A program made the position numbers and the translations under genes. Below are positions 29,523 through 39,352 of a stretch of 64,000 bases of DNA, in pieces. The DNA is from a virus. Lineage: Duplodnaviria > Caudoviricetes. The notes beneath the pieces are model-generated. The model was not told the DNA's origin. It saw only the letters and a list, made by a program, of their open reading frames with translations, and did no database searches. The stretch is from positions 1 through 64,000 of the IMG/VR virus record IMGVR_UViG_3300020049_008107. One strand, 5' to 3'. The first letter of the stretch is position 1, and the number at the start of each line of letters is the position of its first letter.

Positions 29523-30302
29523 TTAAATAATACATCCACACCCACCAAAATCAAACTTGTCATCTCGGTTCAGTGTAAGTCCATTTTGGAGCATTGTTCT
29601 GTAATCTTCTAGCCACAAATAGTGTATTTTGCCATTAATGGTTTTACGTAAAAATGGTCTAACTTTGGGATGTTTTATTCTAATTTGCTTTTCTCTTTCA
29701 ACGTGTTTATTGTATACTTCAGGACGTTTTTCATATAATAGTTTAAATTGAGCAAGCCCAGACCTAACACAAAAACCAGAACAGTTGTCATGCACTAAGT
29801 CTTCCTTGTATGAATTAGAAGGTTGTATTCCTCTATCTAATGCGAATTGTATCTTCTCTTGTTTAGTTAGTTGAATCTTTTCTAATACCTGAATTGATGT
29901 ATATTTAACATGTTTATTTTTGGCAATTGCTGTATCAAGCCTGTGTGCTTCACTGTAGTCAATACCTAAATGCATCACAACCTTAGACCTATCAGGGAAA
30001 GTGGTAATTATCCATTTTTTAATAATCTTCTTTTTTAGTTCTAAAGAACATTGCTGCACTCGATTGTTTGATATGTACTTCTTATCTTCAAAAACATCCC
30101 ATAATCCACGACCATCGGTTAGCCTTATTAACTCAACACCAGTATAAGTAATGGTATCATCTAGAAATCGGTATAGATCATACCATTCTTCAGTAGTATC
30201 AGCAAACACTGCTTTTGTGTTTTCTATACCATAACGATCTTTAGTAAGACACAATTCTATAAAAGAACCCAATCCACCAGATAGAGAAACTATATGTAAC
30301 AT
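29523..30302 (-). CDS. PP-loop (PAPS reductase-like, adenine nucleotide alpha hydrolase) protein
   Basis: IVSLSGGLGS PP-loop, VFADT, HDNCSGFCVRSG, C-terminal GGCG. Confidence 0.75.
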   Translation of the reverse strand: MLHIVSLSGGLGSFIELCLTKDRYGIENTKAVFADTTEEWYDLYRFLDDTITYTGVELIRLTDGRGLWDVFEDKKYISNNRVQQCSLELKKKIIKKWIITTFPDRSKVVMHLGIDYSEAHRLDTAIAKNKHVKYTSIQVLEKIQLTKQEKIQFALDRGIQPSNSYKEDLVHDNCSGFCVRSGLAQFKLLYEKRPEVYNKHVEREKQIRIKHPKVRPFLRKTINGKIHYLWLEDYRTMLQNGLTLNRDDKFDFGGCGCII

Positions 30303-30315
30303 TCTCTAATATCGA

Positions 30316-31086
30316 TTATAACAATACTTTTTGTGTTGTTGTTTTGCCTTCATTAAGTAGTTTATCAAATCTAATTATTCCATTGCCATTAAAATGCACA
30401 GTGTCTTTAGAATAATCAATCTTTGGAAATATACCAAACATACCAGCAAATTTCTTTTGTAATATAAGATAAGTTGCATTTCCATCTTTTACAATGAGGT
30501 CTGCCATATAAGCTTCAAATTGTGGAGCACAAAGATTGACATATACATCATAAACTGGTGGTAATCCATATACTATGAACTTAGCTTCAGGATAAAGTGA
30601 TCTAATTTTAATAAATGCGTTTCGAGCTTCAGTTTTAGCAAATTCAAGGTCTTGATGTGATAATAACGGATTACCAGCAAGACATCCAAGTATTACGTAT
30701 TTCACTTGGTTCTTAATCATGTTGTCACCAAGAACAATATCCAAATCAATAGCCATTTGTAGCATATTGGGCGAACCAAATCCAGCAACAGCAAAATTGA
30801 ACTTCTCTTTTACAGCAGTTAATTGGTCACGAGTAAAATCTAGTAGTGAATCGCCAAAGGCAATTGTGTCTGTGCCAGAATTAGTAGTTTCAATGTTGTG
30901 TTTATATTTATCAAGGAATGATGGGTAATCCGGTCTCATTTGATAGCTACCTACATAAGGCGATACATTAGCGATAGCAGCCCATTTGGCTATACTTTGT
31001 GCTCGACTAAGAGCAAACGAATCTTTAGTCTCTTTCTCATGTATCTTTGCTTGGATTAGTATTTTAGCTCTATCAATGAAGTTCAT
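30316..31086 (-). CDS. SGNH/GDSL hydrolase
   Basis: Start corrected to 31086; AFGDSL, VAG, LAGNP, DTVHF blocks. Confidence 0.8.
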   Translation of the reverse strand: MNFIDRAKILIQAKIHEKETKDSFALSRAQSIAKWAAIANVSPYVGSYQMRPDYPSFLDKYKHNIETTNSGTDTIAFGDSLLDFTRDQLTAVKEKFNFAVAGFGSPNMLQMAIDLDIVLGDNMIKNQVKYVILGCLAGNPLLSHQDLEFAKTEARNAFIKIRSLYPEAKFIVYGLPPVYDVYVNLCAPQFEAYMADLIVKDGNATYLILQKKFAGMFGIFPKIDYSKDTVHFNGNGIIRFDKLLNEGKTTTQKVLL

Positions 31087-31111
31087 ATAAGTAAATAACC
31101 GATAATAAAAC

Positions 31112-31492
31112 ATGGAAGACACAACCGAAAAACCACTAATTTTTGATTTTGCTAAGTATACCGAGGTTACAGACCTTGCACTCAAGGTAAATCCAGAATA
31201 TGAAAAAGCTGGATATATTAGAGTATTTATTTGCCAAGACGTTAATGACTATTGGTTAGTTCGCATACTCAAAGGTTATGATGAGGACTATAAAGAAGAT
31301 GAAGACTCATACCTTATGGAGAGAGATAAAATTGCCAAAGACCACAAATCCGATAAACTAACCTTATCGAAAGTTAAGGCTATTCTCAAGAAAGACGAGT
31401 TTGAGAATTGGGACATTAAAGCTCGTAAAAATATTAAAGACCTAATCGAGATAATTGATGGTGGATTTGGTATTAACAACTTGAAGGAGTAG
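31112..31492 (+). CDS. acidic hypothetical protein
   Basis: 126 aa; CGATAATA-N4 upstream. Confidence 0.7.
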   Translation: MEDTTEKPLIFDFAKYTEVTDLALKVNPEYEKAGYIRVFICQDVNDYWLVRILKGYDEDYKEDEDSYLMERDKIAKDHKSDKLTLSKVKAILKKDEFENWDIKARKNIKDLIEIIDGGFGINNLKE

Positions 31493-31638
31493 AATTTGAT
31501 ATATATTTTAATGAATATAACTACAGGTACACCATTATTGTCATACACAAAAGATAAAGAATGGATGGCTCTCAAAGATTTAGAAGACCGTAAAAAACAA
31601 AGCGGTCACATGTATCAATTTGAATTAATTCAATTATC

Positions 31639-31989
31639 TTGTATTGGTATGAAATAATGGAAATTAGAACATTTGTTATTATGTGCAATGATGTACCAGA
31701 AATGGTTTATGTTGAAAAAGGTGTTCAAGGTAATGGTACTTACCCAAAGGAAGAATTAATAAACCTCATTAATCAATTGAGGAATGAACGTATGCAACAA
31801 GAAACTACTATGTCTAGAGAAACATATTACCAAGTTTATCACTGGAGATGGTATCCGATGAAGACAACAATTGGTAAATTAGGGTGTATACATTGTGGTA
31901 GTGAGTTATTACTTAGACCATCAACTAATCATGGTTTAACTGAATCGTTAATTGCGGTGTGTTCTGTTTGTGGCAAGGCAAACAACTAA
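31639..31989 (+). CDS. hypothetical protein with Zn-ribbon-like C-terminus
   Basis: CIHCG...CSVCG; start uncertain. Confidence 0.55.
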   Translation: MYWYEIMEIRTFVIMCNDVPEMVYVEKGVQGNGTYPKEELINLINQLRNERMQQETTMSRETYYQVYHWRWYPMKTTIGKLGCIHCGSELLLRPSTNHGLTESLIAVCSVCGKANN

Positions 31990-32237
31990 TGATATACAGA
32001 TTAATTATTAGACTAAAGAATAAAATGACTATTAAATGCGAATGTGGTATTCGTTACTTACCTTTTAATAAGAAATTAGTATGTCCATCTTGTGGAGCAA
32101 TTAAATTGAAATATATTGACTTAATTATTCAAGTATTGTGGTTATTTCTTCCAATTATTTGGAAGGTTGTGCAACTTGTTAGCCCACTCGCTATTGTTGT
32201 AATATTGGTCTATTTGGTGATTTCAAGATGGACATAA
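31959..32237 (+). CDS. Zn-ribbon membrane protein
   Basis: CECG...CPSCG plus hydrophobic C-terminus. Confidence 0.55.
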   Translation: MFCLWQGKQLMIYRLIIRLKNKMTIKCECGIRYLPFNKKLVCPSCGAIKLKYIDLIIQVLWLFLPIIWKVVQLVSPLAIVVILVYLVISRWT

Positions 32238-32446
32238 AATCCGAATGGAAGATTGAAAATGGATTAATTGTCCTATATTGCAATGGAATAGTTGTTGCAA
32301 AACAAGTTATAAGTAAATACCAATTAACTATTCAATGTACCAGTATATTCAAGAAGTGGGACTTCATTGTATTCGATGGAAGTCTTTCCGATTTCACCAA
32401 GAAAGAAATAGAGAACTATATATCAAGTCAAATGTGGGTAGGTTAA
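32228..32446 (+). CDS. hypothetical protein
   Basis: 72 aa in the island operon. Confidence 0.55.
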   Translation: MDIKSEWKIENGLIVLYCNGIVVAKQVISKYQLTIQCTSIFKKWDFIVFDGSLSDFTKKEIENYISSQMWVG

Positions 32447-32450
32447 TGTA

Positions 32451-32633
32451 ATGCCATTTATTGAGATTAATTCTGGTAGAGAGAAAACGCTTATACTGGT
32501 GCATCATATAACCAGTATAGAAACAACCGATAACGGAAACTGCAATATCAATGTGTCTAATGGTGATAAATATTACGACATCAAGACTTATGATGTAGTG
32601 AAGTCCTTAATAAAGGAATCAAAGATGTACTAA
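32451..32633 (+). CDS. hypothetical protein
   Basis: 60 aa; FIEIN...LILVHHITSIE. Confidence 0.6.
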   Translation: MPFIEINSGREKTLILVHHITSIETTDNGNCNINVSNGDKYYDIKTYDVVKSLIKESKMY

Positions 32634-32914
32634 GTGTTTTTTGGTTCGCCTTTCTGCATAAGACCACCACAGATTGATTTAAATTCAGTTATAATGTGCG
32701 AAACTGGTATAACCCCTACAACATGTTTGTGTAGTCTAAGGCATTGTACTACTCTGAGTATGCTGGTTTCATTAAGTTCTTTGTCTAGTATTAGAGCTAT
32801 ACACCTTTTTAGGTCTAATGATTGGTCGGGTGTTAATTCTTTTTTGCTGTGTTCTAATCTGTCTATTTCTTGGAATAGTGGTGATATGTGATAAGATTCT
32901 ACTATCAAGTCCAA
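32630..32914 (-). CDS. hypothetical protein
   Basis: 94 aa; coupled to the upstream leader protein. Confidence 0.5.
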   Translation of the reverse strand: MDLIVESYHISPLFQEIDRLEHSKKELTPDQSLDLKRCIALILDKELNETSILRVVQCLRLHKHVVGVIPVSHIITEFKSICGGLMQKGEPKNT

Positions 32915-33204
32915 CTAGTAACCAGATTGTACACAAGTTGTAGTGATTCCATTATTTTTTTTTGAATTTTTCTGTCTGTTATTTTCTGGGCATTACCCAT
33001 AGCTTCAGCGGTTGCTTGCTGTAAGTGGAGTTTGGTCATTTCAAATGCTTCATCAAATTCGTCTTCTAAATACTTATCCTTCCAGTTATCTTTTCCACCA
33101 ACAGCCGATTCAAAGGCAACGGGTGATTTTGGATCAACTTCGTCTTTAGCTTTAATTACTAAACGTTTTAATTGTGATTTGGTTACTAGGTATTTGGAAT
33201 CCAC
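32905..33204 (-). CDS. VTKSQ-leader protein 4
   Basis: GTG start; MDSKYLVTKSQLKRLVIKA. Confidence 0.85.
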   Translation of the reverse strand: MDSKYLVTKSQLKRLVIKAKDEVDPKSPVAFESAVGGKDNWKDKYLEDEFDEAFEMTKLHLQQATAEAMGNAQKITDRKIQKKIMESLQLVYNLVTSWT

Positions 33205-33229
33205 AACATTAAATAACCGATACTATTTT

Positions 33230-33529
33230 ATGGAATCTAAAGTAAGTTTATCGCTTGGCAGTGCTGGATGTTATGGCACTCACAATTTCTGTCCTTTTTT
33301 AAAAGTTAATGATGAGTTTGTCTGTTCTAGGCATGGCAAACTATTAAAACATCCAAGAGATAATCAACCTTGGAGAAGTAAAATGTGTGTTGATATTTCA
33401 ATCCTTTTTATTTTTGGACTTGTGGCATTTTTTGGTGCACCGTCTAATAACCCACCACTTGATCCAATTCCATTTGGTATTACCTTTGGTTCTTCGTTTG
33501 TGATATCAATTAGACTTTTTATTAATTAG
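33230..33529 (+). CDS. Cys-rich hypothetical protein
   Basis: Start reassigned to ATG 33230 (CGATACTA-N4); GC...FCPFL...CSRHG...C. Confidence 0.5.
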   Translation: MESKVSLSLGSAGCYGTHNFCPFLKVNDEFVCSRHGKLLKHPRDNQPWRSKMCVDISILFIFGLVAFFGAPSNNPPLDPIPFGITFGSSFVISIRLFIN

Positions 33530-33539
33530 GAGACTATAT

Positions 33540-33725
33540 ATGGATAAAATTATAATTAATGGTGATGTTCAGAGATTATCAAGACTACCAAAGCCACTAG
33601 AAGGTGGAACATTGGAGATAGCAATAGAAAAATGCAATGTACCACTTCAAAATATAACGGATATTATTCTTAAACATCCCAAGAAAAGAATAAAAGTATT
33701 GGTTGTTTTAGTCGAGGAGGACTAA
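33540..33725 (+). CDS. hypothetical protein
   Basis: 61 aa; AGGAG RBS. Confidence 0.65.
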   Translation: MDKIIINGDVQRLSRLPKPLEGGTLEIAIEKCNVPLQNITDIILKHPKKRIKVLVVLVEED

Positions 33726-33727
33726 TT

Positions 33728-34051
33728 ATGTGGATACAATCAACATTAGGCGATTTTAGTATAGTAAAACACCATTCCAAACAAGAATGGTTAATTAAAA
33801 CTAGACACAAGGAAGACATTAAGAATGCCTGTAATGCATTAGGATATAAACAATTAAAAATAATCATTGTTGACAAGACTGCTGATTATAAATATAGAAT
33901 TATTATACCATACAAAGACTTTCTTGATTTTATGACTATTCTAGCGCACCAAGTTGAATACCCAAATTTTAAAGCACACGAACAAACCAAACGTACGCCT
34001 AAACGATTAAAAGCTCTTTATGAAGTTTACAATGCTTTAAAGAAGCCCTGA
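33728..34051 (+). CDS. phage hypothetical protein
   Basis: 107 aa; GAGGAGG RBS; MWIQSTLGDFSIV...DYKYRI. Confidence 0.7.
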   Translation: MWIQSTLGDFSIVKHHSKQEWLIKTRHKEDIKNACNALGYKQLKIIIVDKTADYKYRIIIPYKDFLDFMTILAHQVEYPNFKAHEQTKRTPKRLKALYEVYNALKKP

Positions 34052-34072
34052 AAATGGGCTTCCTTTTGTTTT
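34041..34072 (+). terminator. intrinsic terminator
   Basis: GAAGCCC/GGGCTTC stem, 7-nt loop, followed by a T-rich tract; at a convergent gene junction. Confidence 0.75.
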
Positions 34073-34243
34073 CTTTGGTACTAGGCTGGGTTTTCGGCTA
34101 CAACAGTAGCGGATTCGTTTTTAGCGGCTATTTCTCTTTCAACTGCCTCTTTTAGTTTTTCAATTGAGGTATTGGTGATACCAAGCAATTCTGCCACTGG
34201 CTTGCCCGAATTATCCCTAACTATTATAGGTTTATCTGGCATA

Positions 34244-34675
34244 TTAACCTGTTTGAGTAGGATTCCAATCCCAAGGAGCTAGGGTAGTTTTGAGTTTGGC
34301 AAACTGTCTGTCTTTTTGGTCAAATGCTGGATTAATAAACCCTAGCATCTCGCAATCAGGAAATGAATCCCTACGATAGGCAGTAGTAATATCACCTGAT
34401 TTATCAGTATAGAGCATCACTACATCTCTCGCAAATTTACCAGAGGTTCTCCAATCAAGGAAATATTTAAGTACTGCAGAGGTACGCTTAACAAGATATT
34501 CTACTTCAAGAGCTTTGATCTTTTCCATACCAGAACCAATAAGGCGAACTTTACCATTTTCCGGTACTTCAATTGGATCTTCATCAACACCAGATTCTGA
34601 GATTGTAAGTAATCCAGGCAATTGATATCCATTTATTAGTAAAATTCGTACATCTGAAATCCCTTGTCTTTGCAT
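34244..34675 (-). CDS. tail tube protein
   Basis: 143 aa; IEVPENGKVRLIGSG, AYRRDSFPDCEM; downstream of the sheath gene. Confidence 0.75.
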   Translation of the reverse strand: MQRQGISDVRILLINGYQLPGLLTISESGVDEDPIEVPENGKVRLIGSGMEKIKALEVEYLVKRTSAVLKYFLDWRTSGKFARDVVMLYTDKSGDITTAYRRDSFPDCEMLGFINPAFDQKDRQFAKLKTTLAPWDWNPTQTG

Positions 34676-34694
34676 ATAATACCTGTTTGCTGTC

Positions 34695-36854
34695 CTATAT
34701 TTCTTCTAAATAAAATATGTATTTATAAGTCAAATGTGTTTCATTTATCTTAGTAACATTATATACTAAATTTCTTGGCAGGAGTACTTCAAATTCCTTA
34801 TCCTCAAATGAACCAGCAAGCTTGTTGATATACACACCAGATTTAGTTTGTATTATCATCCTATAAGGTCTATTAAAAGCCTTATCTTCTTTAATAGAGG
34901 TAGAGGTAAATCCGCGTAAAATAAGTGGTTGTTTAGCATTAAATCTGTCTAATATTACCTTAGCTAACTGGTCTGTATCAAATCCCCTATATACAACACC
35001 AGCAAATTTAGGTGCATACAGTAGGAATCTATCAACATTTCTAATGTCAACTAGCTCATTAGCGGTTAATTTAGTATTAAACCTAAGTCCTTGATTATAA
35101 TCATGACCTGAACCAGTGTATGCACTAACCGATTGTACTATGTCAGGAGACTTAGCCTTTACATCACTAATATACTTATTAATATTCTTTTCATGATTTT
35201 TAGGTACAATATCCATCACCCTAGACATACCAAGACTAGACAGGTCTTTACTTGTCGGATCATAAGGCAAACAAGTAGTAGATTCAATATGTTGTATCAT
35301 TTGTGACACTTCAGACTTCGAATTTACCCTAATACCAGTAGTTAGTTCATACCAAGTAGTTAGCTTTTTAAATTTAGGGTGTGACTGTAATTCACCCATA
35401 TCAGTATCAAGTATATCATTCTTCTCATTTTTATCAAGTACTACAGCAGAACCATAATTGTTATTGATAAATCTTTTTTGCATATAATTAAATCTTGCTT
35501 TAAGAATGGCATATATACTACTAGTTTTAATAACGTTTAGTACTTTAAGCATTTGGGGTTGATATTTATTGAACTGTTTAATTAAGTCGTCTTCATCTAA
35601 AGCACCAAACACCTTAGAAGCTTCTGGATTTATACTACCATTACGCATAGTCTCAAATTCTGTCACTTCTTTGGTAAGGTCTTTATTTCCACCAGTAGCC
35701 TTGTAGGTTAGTGCGCCACCATTATCAATCCTATAGACCTTACCATCTTTTACTATGATATTGCTACCACCAGTACCAATTACATCCCAATTTCCAAGCC
35801 ATGCATCAATGATAAATGAGGAACGAAGTTTAAGTATAGCCGAATTTCTATCATTTTCAGAAAGCTTACCAAATTCAGTGCCATCAATATACTTAGATAG
35901 TTGGTATGCCTTACCTTGGTCATCGGATTTGATTGTAGTTTCTGGTACATCAATACCAATAGTGTTGTATATGCTATTAGCTAAACTTTCACTCTGTATG
36001 TGTCCAGCACTAGCACCATATTTTTGAACATAGACTATTCCATCGACTAACACTGGTTTTGCTCCAGTAGAAGATGAACCAATAATTGGTAAAGTGGGTG
36101 TTACATTAGCAGACTTTGGAAGTGCCGTTTGATTAGAAGTCTTATCCTCAAGCTTTATACCAGTTCCATAAGTCTTAATAAGATATAAGATTTCGAGTTT
36201 GGTCATTGATGATATCTTATCACCTTGAACTTTACCAATGTCACCCAGATAGTATAATTGCTCTTGTATAAATGGATCAGCATGGAACTTCTGAATTGTT
36301 AAGAACTTATATTTGTCTAATGGGTGTGGTTCTGGTTTCTTATTTGCTACAGTTCCAGTTGATGATAATGGTGTAGATGTAGTGGGTTTGTCTAGTTTGG
36401 ACTTATTTCCACTATCAATCTTATCAGTATATTTTTGATATAAAGTAACAATTAGAGTATTTGATATAGAAGAGTTTGTTGGAACTAACCACTTGAAAAA
36501 TCTCCAATCTGGAAATACATTTGGATAAAATGTCCACTTATTAAGCATTCTATTAAATGCATCAAAAGCTTCAGGACTAGACCTTTTTAATAAGACGGTT
36601 TTAACTAGTGCTGATACTAATTTTGTAGTGTCGGCATTCATATAATTAATGAATTCGCGTTTTTTGGTTCGGTCTAGATAAAAACCAGAGTAACCCTTTA
36701 ATATGTGGATTTTTGATGCTTTATTGGCAAATATCTGTTTAAATGTTGAAGTAATAGAAGAACTATTAAAATTAGATGTTACATCAGTTGATTTTCTTAC
36801 TAATATTGATGTAGCTTGAAGATGTAAAGATTTTAATACCTCAAGTCTATGCAT
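34695..36854 (-). CDS. kinase-like domain fused to an ADP-ribosyltransferase domain (Alt/VIP2-like)
   Basis: 719 aa; YVQK...SESLA...DAWLGNWDVIG...NII...RIDNG; C-terminal VYRG, FTSTS, EFEVLLPR. Confidence 0.85.
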   Translation of the reverse strand: MHRLEVLKSLHLQATSILVRKSTDVTSNFNSSSITSTFKQIFANKASKIHILKGYSGFYLDRTKKREFINYMNADTTKLVSALVKTVLLKRSSPEAFDAFNRMLNKWTFYPNVFPDWRFFKWLVPTNSSISNTLIVTLYQKYTDKIDSGNKSKLDKPTTSTPLSSTGTVANKKPEPHPLDKYKFLTIQKFHADPFIQEQLYYLGDIGKVQGDKISSMTKLEILYLIKTYGTGIKLEDKTSNQTALPKSANVTPTLPIIGSSSTGAKPVLVDGIVYVQKYGASAGHIQSESLANSIYNTIGIDVPETTIKSDDQGKAYQLSKYIDGTEFGKLSENDRNSAILKLRSSFIIDAWLGNWDVIGTGGSNIIVKDGKVYRIDNGGALTYKATGGNKDLTKEVTEFETMRNGSINPEASKVFGALDEDDLIKQFNKYQPQMLKVLNVIKTSSIYAILKARFNYMQKRFINNNYGSAVVLDKNEKNDILDTDMGELQSHPKFKKLTTWYELTTGIRVNSKSEVSQMIQHIESTTCLPYDPTSKDLSSLGMSRVMDIVPKNHEKNINKYISDVKAKSPDIVQSVSAYTGSGHDYNQGLRFNTKLTANELVDIRNVDRFLLYAPKFAGVVYRGFDTDQLAKVILDRFNAKQPLILRGFTSTSIKEDKAFNRPYRMIIQTKSGVYINKLAGSFEDKEFEVLLPRNLVYNVTKINETHLTYKYIFYLEEI

Positions 36855-36855
36855 G

Positions 36856-37014
36856 TTAGTTTGTAGATAACATTTCTTCCATGTCTTGTGGTAAATTGAG
36901 TGAATTGTAGAGCTTGTCTACTGCAAAATCCAAATCTGACTTCTTTATATCAGTGGGTTTGTCTTTTGCAGGAGCCTCAGGCTCTGGTATTAAGTCGGAA
37001 TCTTCATCTTTCAT
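36856..37014 (-). CDS. small acidic protein (absent from ORF track)
   Basis: 52 aa MKDEDSDLIPEPE...; ATGA-coupled to leader protein 5. Confidence 0.5.
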   Translation of the reverse strand: MKDEDSDLIPEPEAPAKDKPTDIKKSDLDFAVDKLYNSLNLPQDMEEMLSTN

Positions 37015-37286
37015 AATTTGGCAAGCTCAGCATCAACAACAGACTTTGATTTTGAAAAGTCCTTATTTTTGCCTTGTTTTAGTATCTTATCTGTAGCTTT
37101 ATCAATTATTGACCAATTAGAAGTCTTTCTATTAACAAAACACTCAAGAATTTTTTGGTCATCATTAATAACAGTTTTAGTAAACCCATTACCAGCAGCA
37201 TTAAGTTTCCAATCATCAGTTACACTAACTGCCTTCTGTACCAGTCTTTTTAGTTGACTCTTTGTAACTATAAATCTTTTTTCCAT
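37011..37286 (-). CDS. VTKSQ-leader protein 5
   Basis: Begins MEKRFIVTKSQLKRLVQKA. Confidence 0.85.
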   Translation of the reverse strand: MEKRFIVTKSQLKRLVQKAVSVTDDWKLNAAGNGFTKTVINDDQKILECFVNRKTSNWSIIDKATDKILKQGKNKDFSKSKSVVDAELAKL

Positions 37287-37298
37287 ATTTTATTATCG

Positions 37299-39080
37299 TT
37301 ATCCTAGTGGGATAACTACTCCTACTCCAACAGCTAAACTTTCAAGAAGTGGTGGCGGATAGAACCTAGTAGCTATATCACCCTCACCAACATTAATTGC
37401 TGCTTGGTCATTGTTAAACTCATCAGCTTGAACAATAAACACATCAGCAAATGTAGAATCTGTACCATCTTCTTTCTTGAATGAACCAAATGCACCTTCC
37501 GGATCAATACCAAATGGGAATGAACCTTGCCAGCACTTATATCCAAAGTCATTGATTTTTTGCCCGTATTCCTTCAATTTAGATAGTTTGTTAGGTCTAT
37601 TTTCTGCTTGAGATAATGACTCAACAGTTGATATCTTGAAGAAGTTTTGCATAATAAGGTAATGACCAAATAATGCACCAACATTTGTAGACAAAGTACG
37701 GAATGAACGAAGTAATACACCCTTACCAGGTCTTGCTTGAATTAGATTAATACCGGCAGCTAATAGATCAGTTCTATCATCTTCAGACCATGAATCTTCA
37801 GGTAAATTAGGAGTATCCACATAGCCAGACATTGGAGAATCTTCACCAGCAGGAACGCGATGGAATCCAAGTCTATAGAAGGTTTTAATCCAATTACCCA
37901 TTACCCCACCAATGTTAGGAATACGAATAACAGGATTTGCCCCATCACCAATTGGATCAGAAACATTGCGCCACCCATATGATAAAACGGCTTGAACTTG
38001 GTCACTTCTCTGGAATCCATTGCCAACAGTAATAAGTTCATCTTTAGTTAAGTCCTTTGTTATGTTACTAATCCAAACTGGTGTATCTAATCTTTCAGTA
38101 CAGTAAGCTTCACCAGCAACATTAACACCAGATACAGTAGAATCAGCATTACCAAGTAGTCTAATTGGGAAAGAATCAAATGAAGCAAGTAGGTCATTCC
38201 AGTCAGCACTAGAACTTGGTGCAGTACCATCACTACCACCAGTAAGCATTCTTTTTGTGATATCAGCAGGATACTTATCAAATAGAACAGCAGAAGATGA
38301 ATTGCTATCTGTTATGTTGATAAGTGGGTGGTCTTTGAATTGATTACCAATATAGAATTCAATGTTTTGTGGTTCAAGTGATAACCATCTAGTAGACTGT
38401 GGTAATTTTACTTCATTGAGCAAACCGCGTCTATTTTTCTTGAAAACAGAAATCTTAAATCCAATAGCAGCTACATCATCTGCTGCAGTAAAAGCATTAG
38501 TAGTTGCAGCACAACCAACAGCCTTTAGGGTTTCATCAATAGTCAATACTTTTACATATTCTGGAACAGAACCAATTCTAAGTACATCACCAATACGAAT
38601 ATCCGAAATGGAAGTAAGCAATAAACTAGTAGCACCAGCAAGAGAGTTAGCAGCCATAGTAGTCTTGAATCTATCACCATTAATCCAGCTAAAAGCTAGC
38701 TTGTTACCATAGATGGATTTGTCATTCTTTAATTGGAAAGCGGATAACACTTGAGCGGATTCAATAGCAGATGCAGTATTTTTACCAAGGACTAATGACT
38801 TTGCTTGAACAGCATCAGAGGCAACATAACCCTTAATACCAATTTTACATTGCACACCCTTAAGATTTGCATAGGTATGGTCAAGAACATAACGACCATA
38901 AAACCCTAATCTATTGTCTCCAGCTTTATAATCAGCTTCAGATTTGTTATTGAGTACAATTACTTCATCAAATCCTCTATCAAAACGACCAATAAGACCA
39001 ACAAATCCAAAATCTGCAGGTAAGATTTCAACACCAGTTCTAGGAGGTAGGTTATACCCAAATACACCACGTCTACGCAT
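37299..39080 (-). CDS. contractile tail sheath protein
   Basis: 593 aa; RRRGVFG N-terminus, LTGGSDG, LLAAGINLIQARPGKGVLLRSFRT. Confidence 0.9.
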   Translation of the reverse strand: MRRRGVFGYNLPPRTGVEILPADFGFVGLIGRFDRGFDEVIVLNNKSEADYKAGDNRLGFYGRYVLDHTYANLKGVQCKIGIKGYVASDAVQAKSLVLGKNTASAIESAQVLSAFQLKNDKSIYGNKLAFSWINGDRFKTTMAANSLAGATSLLLTSISDIRIGDVLRIGSVPEYVKVLTIDETLKAVGCAATTNAFTAADDVAAIGFKISVFKKNRRGLLNEVKLPQSTRWLSLEPQNIEFYIGNQFKDHPLINITDSNSSSAVLFDKYPADITKRMLTGGSDGTAPSSSADWNDLLASFDSFPIRLLGNADSTVSGVNVAGEAYCTERLDTPVWISNITKDLTKDELITVGNGFQRSDQVQAVLSYGWRNVSDPIGDGANPVIRIPNIGGVMGNWIKTFYRLGFHRVPAGEDSPMSGYVDTPNLPEDSWSEDDRTDLLAAGINLIQARPGKGVLLRSFRTLSTNVGALFGHYLIMQNFFKISTVESLSQAENRPNKLSKLKEYGQKINDFGYKCWQGSFPFGIDPEGAFGSFKKEDGTDSTFADVFIVQADEFNNDQAAINVGEGDIATRFYPPPLLESLAVGVGVVIPLG

Positions 39081-39352
39081 TAGATTAATACCTCAGTTTT
39101 GATTTCTTTTGTGAATAGTGATTTGATAGCAAGTAGGTTTTTGACTCGTTTATGCTCAAGTAAAGATTTATTAACCTCTACATTTTTGAATGGCTCAATT
39201 AGTAACAACTCTTGGTCTTTTAGGTTAAGCTCGATTTCAATAGTACCATTGGTATTGTTAATTAATAAAACTTTTTCTTCTGTCATATCACTATCCCCGT
39301 CACTGTTTGATTGATTGTTTGGAAGTCCATTGTTTGTAGATTTCTTTCCCAT
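39080..39352 (-). CDS. small tail-associated protein
   Basis: LLINNTNGTIEIEL; true start probably MTEEKV. Confidence 0.55.
   Translation of the reverse strand: MGKKSTNNGLPNNQSNSDGDSDMTEEKVLLINNTNGTIEIELNLKDQELLLIEPFKNVEVNKSLLEHKRVKNLLAIKSLFTKEIKTEVLI

Noticed and set aside
30316-31185. Track start sites at 31185, 28248, 46944 and 62040
   Set aside because: They overlap neighbouring genes or promoters; downstream ATGs at 31086, 28119, 46884 and 61962 have a matching upstream motif or RBS.
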